Made by a program: the position numbers and the translations under genes
Notes under the pieces: model-generated
The model's input: only the letters and a program-made list of their open reading frames with translations
Database searches by the model: none
Told to the model about the DNA's origin: nothing
Shown here: piece after piece, positions 35,588 to 51,525 of the stretch
How the letters are laid out: each line of letters starts with the position of its first letter
Numbering within the stretch: position 1 is the first letter of the stretch
NCBI RefSeq assembly: GCF_041956535.1
Contig: NW_027192216.1
Location: forward strand, 253,807-317,806
Direction of reading: 5' to 3'
Origin: Calcarisporiella thermophila CBS 279.70
Lineage: Eukaryota > Fungi > Calcarisporiellomycota
DNA: 64,000 nucleotides

Positions 35588-36992
35588 TGCTTTTATGCTA
35601 TTGCAGCTATTTATTAATTACACCACCCCTGATACTATTTTAGATATAAAAATGATAAGCCTCAACTTTGGTGGCAATTATAAACTTTAATTTAGCGCTC
35701 ACTGAGGCTGTTCAGGTTCGATTTTGAAATGTGAACAATTACTATGACTAATAGACAAGTCAGACAACCATGTGTTGCTTGGCCCTTACATTCCAAAGGG
35801 CTATTAATGGTTGGCTATTCGCAGTATTGCGGCTCACTTACTCGATCGAAGTAAAATATTGAAGTCTATATGCCTATGGATCAGCATGCAGACCTCGGGG
35901 GAAGGAAATAGCAATGAGCTCGACTGGAAACCAAACCGAATAGGCAATTTAAAAGTGTATTCGGAGATGCTACTTTTCCAATCATTGTTTAGATTTCTCA
36001 GTTATTGGGAGAATTGGACAAGTCAACCTTAGCAAGTTGAAATGTACCATGTAATTAAAGTAATCGAAGAATTCGGATTTGCGATCATGTCAACGCTCTC
36101 ATAAAGAACTAGAATTGATAGTGGAACATGTCGAATATTTGAAAATATTTGAGTTTGTACAAGAGATGTTGCCATACTTCCCGTCAAAGTAGAATTAGAA
36201 TGGGCCATTTAAGGGTTCTTAGGTCCTTCTGTTACATTGGGATTATCTCGCAAGGACTTATTAAGTTTCTCGCAGCTGAGCAAATGTCTCTCTGGGTAGG
36301 AATATTCATCAACATATGTGAATGCTTGCAGCAAGGATTATTTGCGGACAGAGCGATAGATAAGTATATATTTCAAAGGCCAATCCAAATCAGCATTAAA
36401 CTATGAGGGAATCATAAAAGTCTCACATTTCCAGATCCAATACTTTGGCTATTTGGCAGAGACTTAGGATTATATAACAAATGAAATTATAAGACCAACA
36501 GTTAAAGATATCGCATCGGAATAGAAACAAAAATAAGAAGCATAGGTGCTTTATCCAATTTGCAAATAAGCATTTTTATATCCCTAGTTGCTCAGCGTCT
36601 ATCTCTAATACTTTAACCTTTTCATGTTAAAACCACGAAGTGTTCTGGTTGAAAATTTAAGCACAGTGTTTTCAGGAAAAGAGTCAAATCATGGTGGAGA
36701 CATGGAATGATTGCTCACATTTCCCCGTGTTAAATCTTCGCAAGCTATGGACGAGTATTTTTAATTCACAAAGTGGAGATTTGATACATCATCACGCCAG
36801 AACCCAACGTAGTTGGAATATCACAACACGGCTTCACAAATGGAAAAGCTCTTAAAATAATTAGGGGTCACTCGACATGTTATAATCTTTATTATTTAAA
36901 ATTGTAAACATGAGAGTATTTGCAAAAACAACATTATAAAGAAATGGATTGGCTTAAGAAATGAAGAAGGGTTAAATACTTTCATATATAAA

Positions 36993-37950
36993 TCACATCT
37001 CTATCTTCCTCGGTTAATAATGCTATCATAGTGAAAAGGGTCATGAAACGGTATTGTGCAAATGTTACTCAAATTAAACGACTCACCCGATCCAGACTTC
37101 TTCTTAAGTTTGGGTATGCGACCGGGCGATGCTCGCCCATTCATTCTCTTTCGTTTCTTTTCCCCATAAGTTCCGTCCGAGTGATCACTTACATGATCAT
37201 CTGCCTGACTAGCTGGAGTAAAAGGGGACGAAGAGCCGCGGTCAGCTAGACGGCGGCTTGCAACACGACTGCTTGCTCTACCAGCAAGCCCCAAACATTT
37301 TTCAAGGTGTGGGGCATATCGTGTCGATGGATATGGCTTTTGGCATCGAACACACTCATATGTCGGGATATTGGTAGCTTGCAGACTATTTCCAAAGATG
37401 TCCACGCCAATTTTTTGCACTATTGAGAGCAGCATTAATCATATTCATGCTGAATTTGCTTATATAGAATCTACTCACCATAAGAGCGGCACCTTAGAAA
37501 AAAATAGTAAAAAAGCATTAAATGAACAAATTAATATATAAACACATTTTATTAAATTTGGATTATTAAAAATTGTATCGTACCTGGTTCTACATATCTG
37601 ACATAATGAGTTAGACAATTTCATTTCTCGATGTGCTTCAAACAGAGTTGATAATGTGCACTCGTCTATCAAATCATTTAAAATCGATAATGCCTAGATG
37701 TAGTGTGATCGCTTATTGAATAACCACTTGAAGTTTGTGTCAAAATGTAAACTTACTAGCGAATCTTCAGCGCTTGAGGACATGTCGCTATCTTCCAATA
37801 TCGACTCAAGAGCGCTCTCATCTATTATCCCAACATCGGTGCCATGTTCCCGAGTTAATTTCTCAAAGACTCTTCAATAAAATACATAATTAGTAATTTA
37901 GTATCAATCTCTACAAGCTAAATTACATACGACTCATTATTCTCCGTCAT
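36993..37950 (-). CDS. SGF11: SAGA deubiquitination module subunit Sgf11/ATXN7L3, multi-exon
   Basis: Motifs ILNDLIDECTL..FEAHR, DIFG and the zinc finger ECVRCQKPYPSTRYAPHLEKCLG. Confidence 0.88.
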
Positions 37951-38537
37951 CACTTCTCTGAGAAGACTGAAGTTAATTTTTCTCCCAAGAGTGACTGACA
38001 TCTCCATTCAATGTGACTTGGAGGCTGAGTTAAACTAACAAAATACAGACGAAAAAAGCTGAGTTGGTGCAGATATTGTATGCGAGCAATACGAGAAAAG
38101 GAACAACTAGAAAGCATGCAGTGGGCATTTCATTAACGAAATGTAATATATTCATCACTTAAGATAAAACGAAATAAATATTTCCACACATTATACAAAA
38201 TTTTATAAGCAATAAATTAAATGGCTGGAAAATACCATAAGAAATGAAAGAGCGTTCCATTAAGATAAAATAGTTTGATACTTATTAAGAAAAAAAAAAC
38301 ACTATTTATCGGCTTGATATGTTATACTAGGTAATATTAACTTCATCACCAGGTGTCAGTCTCGAGTTCGTATTTAAAATGATTCATACATAGCCCAGAT
38401 AGATTTAGTTTTAGATGGAGATATATTTCAAGAAGATATCGGAAACTTTCACAAAAGCTCAAGATATAACAAGAAATCAAAAATTAAGGAAATGTGAATT
38501 TACAATGAGACGACACATGCTTTTGGTTGTATCAGCT

Positions 38538-40167
38538 TTAGAAATGCTCCTTGTGCAGTACAAACTGCACTGCCTTATCGCAAGCTTCTTTACACTCGCG
38601 TTTTAGCTGGCGGGCTAGTGCCGGTGGGCCACAATAGTATACACCCACTTTCACCTTGGAGCCCTGATGTAGTCCAGGGAGATAATTTCCTGATGCAATT
38701 GCCACTTTCATATGCCGGAAGGTTAGGGCGAAATTAGGTCGGCCATAATGTGTCCGTGATTCCAGGTCGGTCACCGGATCTTGAGGTAAAGAAACATCGT
38801 TGATCATAAGATTATAGACTGTCTCTTCTGGCAATTTTCCAGTGAGATAGATGTGAATGCCAAGAAACTTGAGGTAGAAGGTCGCCTCCTCTACATGCCG
38901 CAATAATTGTTGGAACCATTCAAATGCCTAAATGAGTAATAAATGAGTCAGATAAAATAGAATTGACTTCGTTTAAGAAGCAATAACATACACTTGTGTC
39001 TCGGCAGATCCAAAAGAATTCAACACGTTGTAGCTTGAAAGACTGGCCCTTTTGATGGCGAATCCAGATATGCTTGAGGATTGAGGCAAAAGGTGTGACA
39101 CCAATACCTGTACCAATGAGTATGGCAACCTCATTGTCGAACACGTCCTCTGAGGGTGCGCCAAATGGTCCGTCGATACGTATTTGCGGAAGGGAGAGTG
39201 CTCCAGGTCTCAGTGCTAGTACCTCTTCACTTCCTTTAAAGACCGTCTGATATCCAAGGCGTTCTGCAAGTTTCCGAGTCCAGTCACCGGCTTGACGGAT
39301 GTGCACAGATATGTAGTCTTCATCAGGCGAGGAGGTAATTGTAAAAGGATGCCACTCGAAATAAGATACTTCGGGTACATTCAAAAACATGTACTGTCCA
39401 ACTTTGTAGCGCATGCTTGGTTTTTTCATTTGCAGTTCAATCACGTTTCCAGGATGAGCAACGACTTTGGAGATGTAAGTCTCACGTCGGCTACGCACCA
39501 GACGTATTACTCTTTCAATAACATAGAGGGAGTAGCTGACGATAATAAATTGCCATGAATTATACCCGCGGCATTCTCCAGTACCCGTTTTGACGAAGCA
39601 GCCATAACCATGGAGCATTGCAAGCAGCAAGAAAAAGAAGGCAAGATGATGAGTATACCAGAAAGACTCGAAGCTGGTACGGCGGATTTCGGGCGTTGCG
39701 GTGGTATATATGAGCAGCATGCAGAGTAACATCAAATGGCCAGTCGTGCCTCCCCAGGTAGAATAATGGATGCTAAGAGCAGGGAGCCTTCGCAGGACAG
39801 CATCAAGAGTGTAAAAATTTATGTAATGTGCAGTAACGTGGATACTCGTGAAGAATAGCATTGTCCAAGCAGTAACTTTGTGAAGCCAGATGTTTTCGTC
39901 AAGATCCACGAAGCGTTTTAGGCGAGTCCAGCGCAGCATTCGAAGCAGATTACGGCATACAGGCAGTAAAATGAACGCAAGATCAAAAGCTAGGGCAAGA
40001 CCAGCTCCCCGAGAAGTCCACACAGAAAAGCCAATATCATTTAGTTGTTGCAATTCCGAATCGAGCTTCTGCTTGAAGAAGCCATATACGAATAGGCCGC
40101 CGTGGATAACAAACCAGATGAAGTAAAACAGATATGTGCGAAGCGTCCAATCGCTAATTCTTATCAT
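38538..40167 (-). CDS. noxA: NADPH oxidase catalytic subunit (NoxA type), 2 exons
   Basis: Heme-ligand His residues in TM helices and motifs ILLPVCRN, FESFWYTHH, HPFTITS, DGPFGAP, GTGIGVTPFASIL, YYCGP and the C-terminal KEHF. No EF hands. Confidence 0.92.
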
Positions 40168-41100
40168 ATTTCCAGGTGTATATGTGTTCAACACAAATAC
40201 GAATAAAATAGAGAACAGATCGTGCGTTCCAGCGCAGATAAAAAAAGAGAAGGAAGAATACAGGGGGGCGAGAGGGAAAGCGTGATGCAAAGGATGAATA
40301 GAGAGTGAAGGTGTTACTTGTATGCGCAAAATAATATGTCTATGACCAGTCATTTTCATGGGTTATTTTGTGTGACAGTGCTGTTTGACTACTAAAATTC
40401 CGAGGAGAAGGTTCAGCCAAAAATCAATCCGCAGCAACTTGATGCTTCCCTCGGCAGATATTCACTCTGACATCTCTGCCCAGGCTGTTCTCATCTCTTC
40501 GGCCGAATCATTAACATAGCAGATTGTTCCAAAAAGCCAAAAACAAACCTAATGCCTCAGCCCTTCAGTAAAATCCAGGTTATCAGTATTATCCCGGCCA
40601 TTGCTTAACCGCATCAGTGATAACAAGCCGAAATATTAGCAACAAGCCAGCTTGACTTTAAGAAAGCCGTGAATCACAAGAGAGCATGGTTCATCTATGA
40701 TTCAACTTTATCAGAACAATGTTCTACCGCTCTTACGGGGACAATCATAGCGAACAAAATGACTATATGAAAAATGCAACAATGCATAGAAATCATGAGT
40801 TGTTACATTAGCTCCCCCCAGAATGTTGGTCTCTGCTATCCTGTAGTTTATCGTGACAGTGCACTGAATAATCGATCTGAAACTCTTCATATAGGAAGCT
40901 TTATGACACCTTGTTTCTATAACTTAGTTGAGGAGATTAAAATATTGCTTCTATGCGAATGGTTTCCTTATATATCCGAAACGCATTAATAATTAATTTT
41001 AATAATTTTTAATCTTTCTGGCAGTATATTCGTGTTCCTCTTCTATTCGTTCTACACTATAAGCAATTATTATCCTTCTTTTCCCTTGCCAAAATTCGGG

Positions 41101-42619
41101 ATGATAATGTTGAAATCAGCCATTTTAGCACTTACACCATTTACCCTCCTGGGACTCGTTCTGTGTCAAAGCAATGTTGTGGATTTGAATCCATCCAACT
41201 TTGATAAGGTGATTAATTATCAACACAATTTTCCGATCTAAAATTTATAATGTTCTCCCCTCTAGGTCATTGATGGATCAAAACATGCCTTGGTCGAATT
41301 TTATGCTCCGTGGTGTGGACATTGCAAGGTAAATTGGTGGAAGAAATCCTACACCACTACTAAATAAGCCGCTTTATTAATTTCCAATTTTTCGCTCTAA
41401 TTTTTTTAGAATCTTGCTCCGGTAAAGAAGCTTCTACTCTGAAGATTGGACTTTATTGTCATGTTAATTCATTTATTTTTATTTAGACCTATGAGGAACT
41501 TGCTGATGCGTTCTCTTATGCTAAAGATCGTGTTATTATCGCAAAAGTCAACGCGGATGAACATCGCGATTTGGGGCAGAAATTTGATGTTTCCGGTTTC
41601 CCTACATTAAAATGGTTCCCTAAGAGCACCAACAAGCCAGAAGATTATAACAAAGGACGCGATCTCGATTCTCTTGCCGCATTTGTTAAGGAAAAATCAG
41701 GTAGAGTAGTTTGTCATATATCATTAACTATCATAACTTAGATAATTCTTTTAATAAGGCGTTGCCCCTCGTATCAAAAAACAGCCTTCTGCTGTCACCG
41801 TTCTCTCTACATCTGACTTTGATGAAGTTGCTCTGGATAAAAATAAGGGTGTGTTAGTAGAGTTCTATGCCCCGTGGTGTGGTCACTGCAAGAACTTGGC
41901 CCCTATTTACGAGAAAGTGGCGCAAGATTTTTCTACTGAGTTGGATTGTGTTGTTGCTAATGTTGACGCGACACAGAATGAGAGTCTCGCGGAAAAGTAA
42001 GAGCTGATTTTGTAGTATTCTTTTGTTTGGCCGATCTAACGTTATGATATAGATATGGAGTTACTGGCTATCCAACTATCAAGTTTTTCCCTAAGGGTGA
42101 TGACAAGAAGCCGATTGACTATGATCGTTCTCGCTCACAAAAAGATTTTGTTGATTTTTTGAACGAACATTGTGGTACCCATCGCGTGGTTGGCGGTAAT
42201 CTCAATGTGGAGGTAAAATAAACCCGTACATTTGCCCTAAGGTTTTATTCTTCCGTCTCTTTTAATTTATTGTTCGCGACTGTTGCTTGTAGGCGGGTAA
42301 GATCCCCGAGCTGGATAGTATTGCTTCCCAGTTCATTCGTGCTTCTTCCAGTGAGCGATCACCCATTGTTAACAAAGCTGAGGAACAAGTGTCTGCATTG
42401 GACCAAAAGCTCCAGCCTCAAGCGCGCTACTACATGAAAGTGATGGAGAAAATTGTGAAGGATGAAGAGTACCCAACCAAAGAATTGGCACGTTTAGGAC
42501 GACTTCTTTCTTCCGGTTCGCTAAGCCGCTCAAAGGCTGATGAGCTTACAATCCGCAAAAATATTCTTTCTAGCTTTATTAAGGATTCGAAACAAAAGGA
42601 GGGGCATGAGGAATTGTAA
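41101..42619 (+). CDS. Protein disulfide isomerase, Erp38/TigA type (two WCGHCK domains plus ERp29-like C-terminus), multi-exon
   Basis: Signal peptide, two [15 protein letters not shown] motifs, YYMKVMEKI and a C-terminal HEEL. Confidence 0.92.
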
Positions 42620-42929
42620 GCAATAATTTTACGTGTGATAACGTGTTGCTAAAGGGTACAATGGAATATTTTGATTGCGTTAACCCGCCTATTGCTTTTC
42701 ACAATAAATCTCGCATATAAAAATTATATAATCAATGTTGCTATCGCGCTGTATGTTTTGATTTATACTGTGACACTAGATTCTGAATTAGTCGGCTACA
42801 CAAATCGAGCGGAGTCATGAGACACACCCTTTCTCTCCTTCTTCTACCCACTCACTTGCTCTGCAATAATCTCATAATTCTGCACACATTTATCAATTCT
42901 TATTGAATCTTCCAGGATAAACGGTATAT

Positions 42930-43605
42930 ATGACTCGTAGGACTGCGAAAAAAGCCACTATCGTGGGGGATAATGAGAAAGAGCCGAAAACAGAACCAGA
43001 AAAGAAAAAAACGACAACAGAAGTAGCGAGTGTCATTGAAAAAAAGGGAAATCGAGAAAGCAAAGAGAAGACCATAAAATCAAAAGGACCAGACACAAAA
43101 AAAGTTCACCTAAAGTTGATTCAAAAAAGCAAGAAGCATCTAAGAATCCTTCGCATCCTCCCTATAAAACAATGATAATTGCCGCAATCACGAACTTGAA
43201 AGAGCGCATGGGGTAAGCTTCACAATACGTTGTTTTTTCACTGTCCTTGCTGAAAGTGTTTACATTCTTTTGGATAGATCTTCGCGCTATGCAATCAAAA
43301 AATATATACATCAGAACTACGGGGTAGATGACACGAAGGTGGTAGATTCGCAAATAAATATAGCGATAAAACGGGGGGTTGAAGCAGGGCTATTTGCGCA
43401 GCCAAAGGGGCCGTCTGGAACGGTTAAACTCGTAAAGAAGGAAAGGCCAGTCAAAAAGGAGTCTGCTGCAGCTACTAAGAAGCAGGAGAAAAGGAAGGCA
43501 AGAAAGGAAACGAAGCAGCCTTCAGCAATTAAAGCTGCAGATAAGAAGCGTTCAAAAAAGAGTAATCAGAAACAAAAAACCGCTGCTTTAAAGGATACTA
43601 AGTAA
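42930..43605 (+). CDS. Linker histone H1 (apparent -1 frameshift in exon 1)
   Basis: Globular domain HPPYKTMIIAAITNLKERMG|SSRYAIKKYI...QPKGPSGTVKL with Lys-rich tails. The ATG frame differs from the domain frame. Confidence 0.85.
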
Positions 43606-43903
43606 CCATAGTATTTTATAACTCTTTCTGTCACCATCAAGAGGTATCCTTTACCAATATATCAGTCTTCTATCAGTGTTCAATAATCTAGGGTCTGACT
43701 ATGATTGGGGAATTCGAGTTTTATTCATCCAATAAAAGCTATTTTCTAGTCTATAAATGTATTGATTATTGTATAATAGTTGATATACAGCAAAGTAACA
43801 TAATCATAGGAATCGAAGCAAACAAGATATCAAAGTCTTTCGTGTTTAAATATACAGAGCAAAAAGTAGAGCCAAAATAGAGATTATTTTCTTTAAAAAA
43901 AAT

Positions 43904-45787
43904 TTAGAGAATAGCGGGGGAACTCGTGGGAGAAAGAGGTCGTTTGAAAAGGCGAGCCTTCAACTCCGTAAACAATTGTTTTCGCTCGGCATTCGCACCT
44001 GCCATCACCGATGCATTCTCCTGAGCACGGCGAACTAGGTAGGGCATTACTTCCGCAATAGCTCCGAAAGGCACATATTTATACACCGAGTAGCCGTTTT
44101 GGCCAAGAGTGTATGAAATCTGATCACACATCCCCATCAATTGTCCAAACATCACGATACCGGACTTAGGAGAAATTCCATAATGCTCCATGGATGCTGT
44201 GGTCCTTACTACCGAAGAAGCATTGTGGGATGCAACCATAAATGCAGCAGGCGAGTCTGTGACACTCGTGGCATGGGCTTCTCCAATACGGTTCAGCAGG
44301 AAGTCCACGCCCGCATTGAATGAGGCATGGGTCGCTTCTAGATTCGGCTGGATTGGGTCCGAAAGACCAAGCTCGGAAGCACGCTTCCGTTCCGAAACCA
44401 TGTATGCGCCTCGTACCAATTTGGCTCCAAAAATGAAGCCATCGCGCTGAGAGCGCTCATAGTCAGCTTTCAGTTTAGAAAGGCCCTCGCGCAGATACAT
44501 TTGATACGTATTGAATACCGTCGGCCCATGTGGATCACCAATGCAGTTGTAGCGTTGCTCCAAATTAATTGCTACATGATCGATCAAGTCCTGGAAGTAG
44601 GTTTGTTCCGCATCAATCATAAGGCGCACGTTGTTAGCTTTCGCGAGCTCACAAAGAGACGTCAAGCGCTGAACCATGCGGTCATAGTCATCAAGGTCGG
44701 CGGTGTCAAGGCGACCCTTGAAGTACTCGCGGGCTACAGAGTTGTCGAGCGAGAGAGTGCGCGTGAAGTCGACCCAGTCAACGCGCCCATCACCATTCTT
44801 ATCAGCGTGGCGGAAGAGAGCTTCAGACAGTGATTTGTCAGGAATGAGGCTGGAAAACTCGCTCTGACCGATTGTTCCTTCGCGATCCGATTGAGCAAAG
44901 AAAGACAATTTGCATGAAGCAAGGACAGAAGAGAGATTAAGTAAGACCTGAGGAGAAGTCATGGCTGTGACCTTGACAGCAGCAAAACTATTAGGTTGTG
45001 CAGATGCCGTTTGAATACAACCCAAGGTCAGCTCAGTGATTCTATCAGCATGACCGTTCCATTTGGCACGGGAGTCTTCGTCACCTTTTGATACAGAAGA
45101 ACTACCGCCAATATCAGCCTCCACAGAGAGATCCAAAATTGACCCTATGCCTGACTGCTTAAGCCTCTCCATCGTGTTAATACAGTCACTAGCAGTTTCG
45201 CCACCACAAAACTGCTTGAAGAAAGTGTTGCGCACAAACCAGTGAGTCACAGGATTGAGACCAATACGGTCTGAGAGATGGAGTAAACTAGGAGCAGTCT
45301 CCACAAGCCAGTTAAATGCACACAGTTGGTATACAAGCAATGAGAGAAAAATTTCTCCTGTAGATTTACCCTGCAAACTCGAATTAGTTTGATTGAAAAT
45401 TCCCTGTGAGACTGCTTCGGCTGAAGAGCCATATAGGGTATCTTCCGGAACAATAGATGGCTGTCGGCCCTGAAGATAAAAAGCGGAAGCAGATGCAACA
45501 CCTGCAGCCCAAGCGGTGTCGCGGACAAAGGGTGCTTGGTTAGAAGCCGTAGAGGAAAGACCTGCAGACGTAGGCTGAGCGGGAGATGAAGGAGTATTGG
45601 CAGTGACATGGCGAGGATGTTGCGAGATCAGAGTGGAAGAAGCATTGGTGTTCGCTGTGGGAGGAGAACCATTGGGATCCGACTTTTGGTGCATAGGATG
45701 AGTGGAGGAGCGCCTGGAGAAAGCCTTGGTGATAGGCCGGTGACTCGGGCGAGCAACCATGCGATGAGAAAGTGGAATGCGCAACAT
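43904..45787 (-). CDS. PUT1: Mitochondrial proline dehydrogenase with EF-hand insert
   Basis: Motifs FFKQFCGGE, ILDLSVEAD, RLMIDAEQTY, KLVRGAYM, ASHN, GQLMGM and YLVRRAQEN. Arg/Ser-rich presequence and EF loop DKNGDGRVD. Confidence 0.93.
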   Translation of the reverse strand: MLRIPLSHRMVARPSHRPITKAFSRRSSTHPMHQKSDPNGSPPTANTNASSTLISQHPRHVTANTPSSPAQPTSAGLSSTASNQAPFVRDTAWAAGVASASAFYLQGRQPSIVPEDTLYGSSAEAVSQGIFNQTNSSLQGKSTGEIFLSLLVYQLCAFNWLVETAPSLLHLSDRIGLNPVTHWFVRNTFFKQFCGGETASDCINTMERLKQSGIGSILDLSVEADIGGSSSVSKGDEDSRAKWNGHADRITELTLGCIQTASAQPNSFAAVKVTAMTSPQVLLNLSSVLASCKLSFFAQSDREGTIGQSEFSSLIPDKSLSEALFRHADKNGDGRVDWVDFTRTLSLDNSVAREYFKGRLDTADLDDYDRMVQRLTSLCELAKANNVRLMIDAEQTYFQDLIDHVAINLEQRYNCIGDPHGPTVFNTYQMYLREGLSKLKADYERSQRDGFIFGAKLVRGAYMVSERKRASELGLSDPIQPNLEATHASFNAGVDFLLNRIGEAHATSVTDSPAAFMVASHNASSVVRTTASMEHYGISPKSGIVMFGQLMGMCDQISYTLGQNGYSVYKYVPFGAIAEVMPYLVRRAQENASVMAGANAERKQLFTELKARLFKRPLSPTSSPAIL

Positions 45788-46874
45788 TGCTACAAATTGA
45801 CAAAGGCTAGAGAGTAACGAAGAGCAAAACAAACGGAAAGAAAGACAACTTAGAAATCAGGAGAATTTTTATTTGTTCTATTTATTTTTAATTTCTGTGG
45901 CACCGATTTTCAATTGGTTAGCTCACCGCAAACTTTGATGTTGAGTGACATGTACCAAGTGTATTTCTCACGATCATTCTTCGGGATATTGTCTTAGCCG
46001 AAATAGGCCAGTCCCTTGAAAAGGTTGGATCGGGTTGGAGCGGGTGACAAATATCCCTGAGCGGCAGTCCGATGGAATCTCGGACATATATACCAAGGAT
46101 GGTGCAATGCAGAATCTTAATGAATTGAACTCTGGATTCCATGCCGGTGCGCATTGTATCCTGCCATACTTCTTCGCGCCCTAACCGCGCCATAATTGAG
46201 GCAAAGCCATTGAATAATAGTGAGCCATAAAGATTAGTGCTATGGCTTGCTTCACGTTCTAATCTGTTATATTTCTGTGGCCATAGACAAGGAAACATGC
46301 TTATTGGGACCAATCTCCAGGCTAGCATATTTCCCCCCTCCCTTTGGAACGGGCGACAGCAGTTCGTGCACTAGTCAAGAGCCACCGGAGAGATCAGTAG
46401 TAGCTATCCAGTCAACAAGTTATATGTAGAGTGATACAAATAGTATCAATTACCAGAGTAAAATAAGAAAATGTGAATATAATATCTGAAACTGAACTGT
46501 GCTTTTCCATTAGAGTAAGAAGAATCTACTGCCCCCGTACATTTATTGGAAAACTTGGCCCTATGCATAGGGGCTTTATTATGCCATATCGCATAATAAA
46601 GTCCCGTTCTTGCTACTGCTATCATCTTACTCTTTGGTATTTCAAAGCCATAGAGTGGTAATACAGGGGAGAATCAGAGATGAACAAAACTATTAGTATT
46701 TAATGGGTGTTAATAATAAATTATTTGAGGTGATGCTCTCCATGAACGTACGATATGCTCTTGCAAATACAACATAATGTGGCTCACATTATATGTATGA
46801 CAATTGTGGCTTGGATATTGGACTCCAGAAAGTACGAGTCGCGAGTTGTAAAAGTGATTAGAAGAAAAAAAAAC

Positions 46875-49694
<2,820 letters not shown>

Positions 49695-50316
49695 TGATCT
49701 TGAAGTAATTCTCACAGCATAATTAAAATTCATTATTAAATGAAATCATCTCCGTTAATTTCAGTACCATTTTACATCATTAATAAATAATACAAGTATA
49801 CTATACCAGACAGACTTTGAATTTACTGTAATATCTTCAAGCTTTGATCTTGCATATCGAAATTGAGCTTCATCTCTTTCATTTTTATTATACAACCGGT
49901 GAACTTTTTTTTGTATACAAATATGATCATTATAGAATTGGAAAATTTAAGGATATTTGTAAATAAAGAAAATCAAAGACGAAAAAAAAAAATGGCTTAT
50001 CTGGATTAGAGAGAAACCTACGTATTTCATTAATATTATAAAATATCCATTTCAATACTCATCCAATCGAAAAAGATGAAATTTCAAAAAATTAAAAAAT
50101 AAAAATTTTCATGTGTTTATTGATATTTATTAAATTCAATTATTTTATTTTAATTTGAAAAATTTTGTTCCAATCGAATTACACTTCTTTTCGATTTCTG
50201 CTCCAAAGCATGAGAGGTCAATTTTGTTTCCAAAGTATAAGTGATAAATATTATCCAAATAAATCATTTATAAATTCTTTTCTTATAGCTCCAATGTTCT
50301 TTATAGTATTGTTTAT

Positions 50317-51407
50317 TTAAGATGAATTGGCTATTGTTTCTAAGACTCTGTTCAATTTCTGTTCTATGAGCTTTAGTCTATTGTCAACATCTTTTGAAAA
50401 AATCTCGAACTTAGAGTCAATATAACGTTCTATATAGGCTGTGATATCAGAAATGTCCGAGTATTTAGGAATCAAGTTGGAGGGTTCCAGTGGTTTTTGA
50501 GAAGAGCTCTGAGCTGGCGCGACTATGTTTTTACTTCTAAGCAGTGAATGGATGCTGGATACCATTGCAGACTTCCCTTGTTCTCCGATCAACTATGCAA
50601 ATTTTAAAAATGTAAGAGATAAAACAAAAATACATATCTAAGTTACATACTTCGAGGTTGTTTTTTTCAAACGATGTAAGTAGTGAAGAGGCATTTGGTG
50701 ACAAATTAATATCGCGGAGGAAATCTTTAAGAGATTCGATATCAATCGTTTTTGTTTCTTCAACCTATATTTGGAGGTACTAAAAATTTGGAAACTTGAA
50801 GAGATGGTAAAGATTGACCTACTATTTTGTCAGAGTCTATTACTAGAGCCAACCCATAAAATAATAACGCTCGTTTAGACTTGTCTGACAATGAGAAGAA
50901 CTAATACAAATATTAAAAGATGTTTTGAATATGAAAATGAAACTAAGTTTACCTTAATATTAATTGAGGAGCATATAATTGAGTGATCGGGAATAAAGGT
51001 AGCCCTTTTGGAAATTCTATAAGAGAAGTGTGAATAAATTAAACACTATAGTATCAGAATTTTTTTCAACAAACTCATTTTCAGTGGCACGCAAGGTAAT
51101 TTGATAGTTTCCGTCTACATATATTTCTATTGTGCGCGCGTTGCTGTCCAAATCAAGTCGCTTTAATTTTATTGGATTTGGGAAGGATATACTGATTAGA
51201 GGAGCCGTTTCAATATTGCGTTGCGAGATGAGCAAAATGGGTTCTACTATTTAGTAGTGGTAAGAAAAAAGAGAAACAGAAAAAAGTAACCAAATAATTA
51301 CGTTCATAATTAATATCAAAGCTATCATGTTCGTTTCTAATCTTTACGCGTTCTTCCAAATTTCCTTGCCCGTGGAAATTACAAGTGACCGAGAGTAGCT
51401 TCTGCAT
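50317..51407 (-). CDS. Uncharacterised protein, possibly C10orf88/PAAT-like, multi-exon
   Basis: Spliced ORFs containing SNARTIEIY and a C-terminal coiled coil YIDSKFE...RLKLIEQKLNRVL. The family call is recalled from memory only. Confidence 0.45.
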
Positions 51408-51525
51408 AGCTAGCCTTTAGTTTGTAAAAAAAGTCGAAATTATCGAAAAAGCAGTCGTGTCGATATGATATTTTAAATTTCATAAAATATATGCAAAATA
51501 TAATAGGCTTTCAATTCAACTTTTG

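Noticed and set aside
35600-36990. Possible gene in the 1.4-kb gap between the hydrolase and SGF11
   Set aside because: Only short stop-rich frames with no recognisable motif.
40168-40359. 64-codon in-frame N-terminal extension of NoxA
   Set aside because: The composition looks like 5' UTR, and the ATG at 40167 gives a typical NoxA start.
43644-43652. U12-type 5' splice site GTATCCTTT
   Set aside because: It lies in the H1 3' UTR with no downstream TCCTTAAC branch site.
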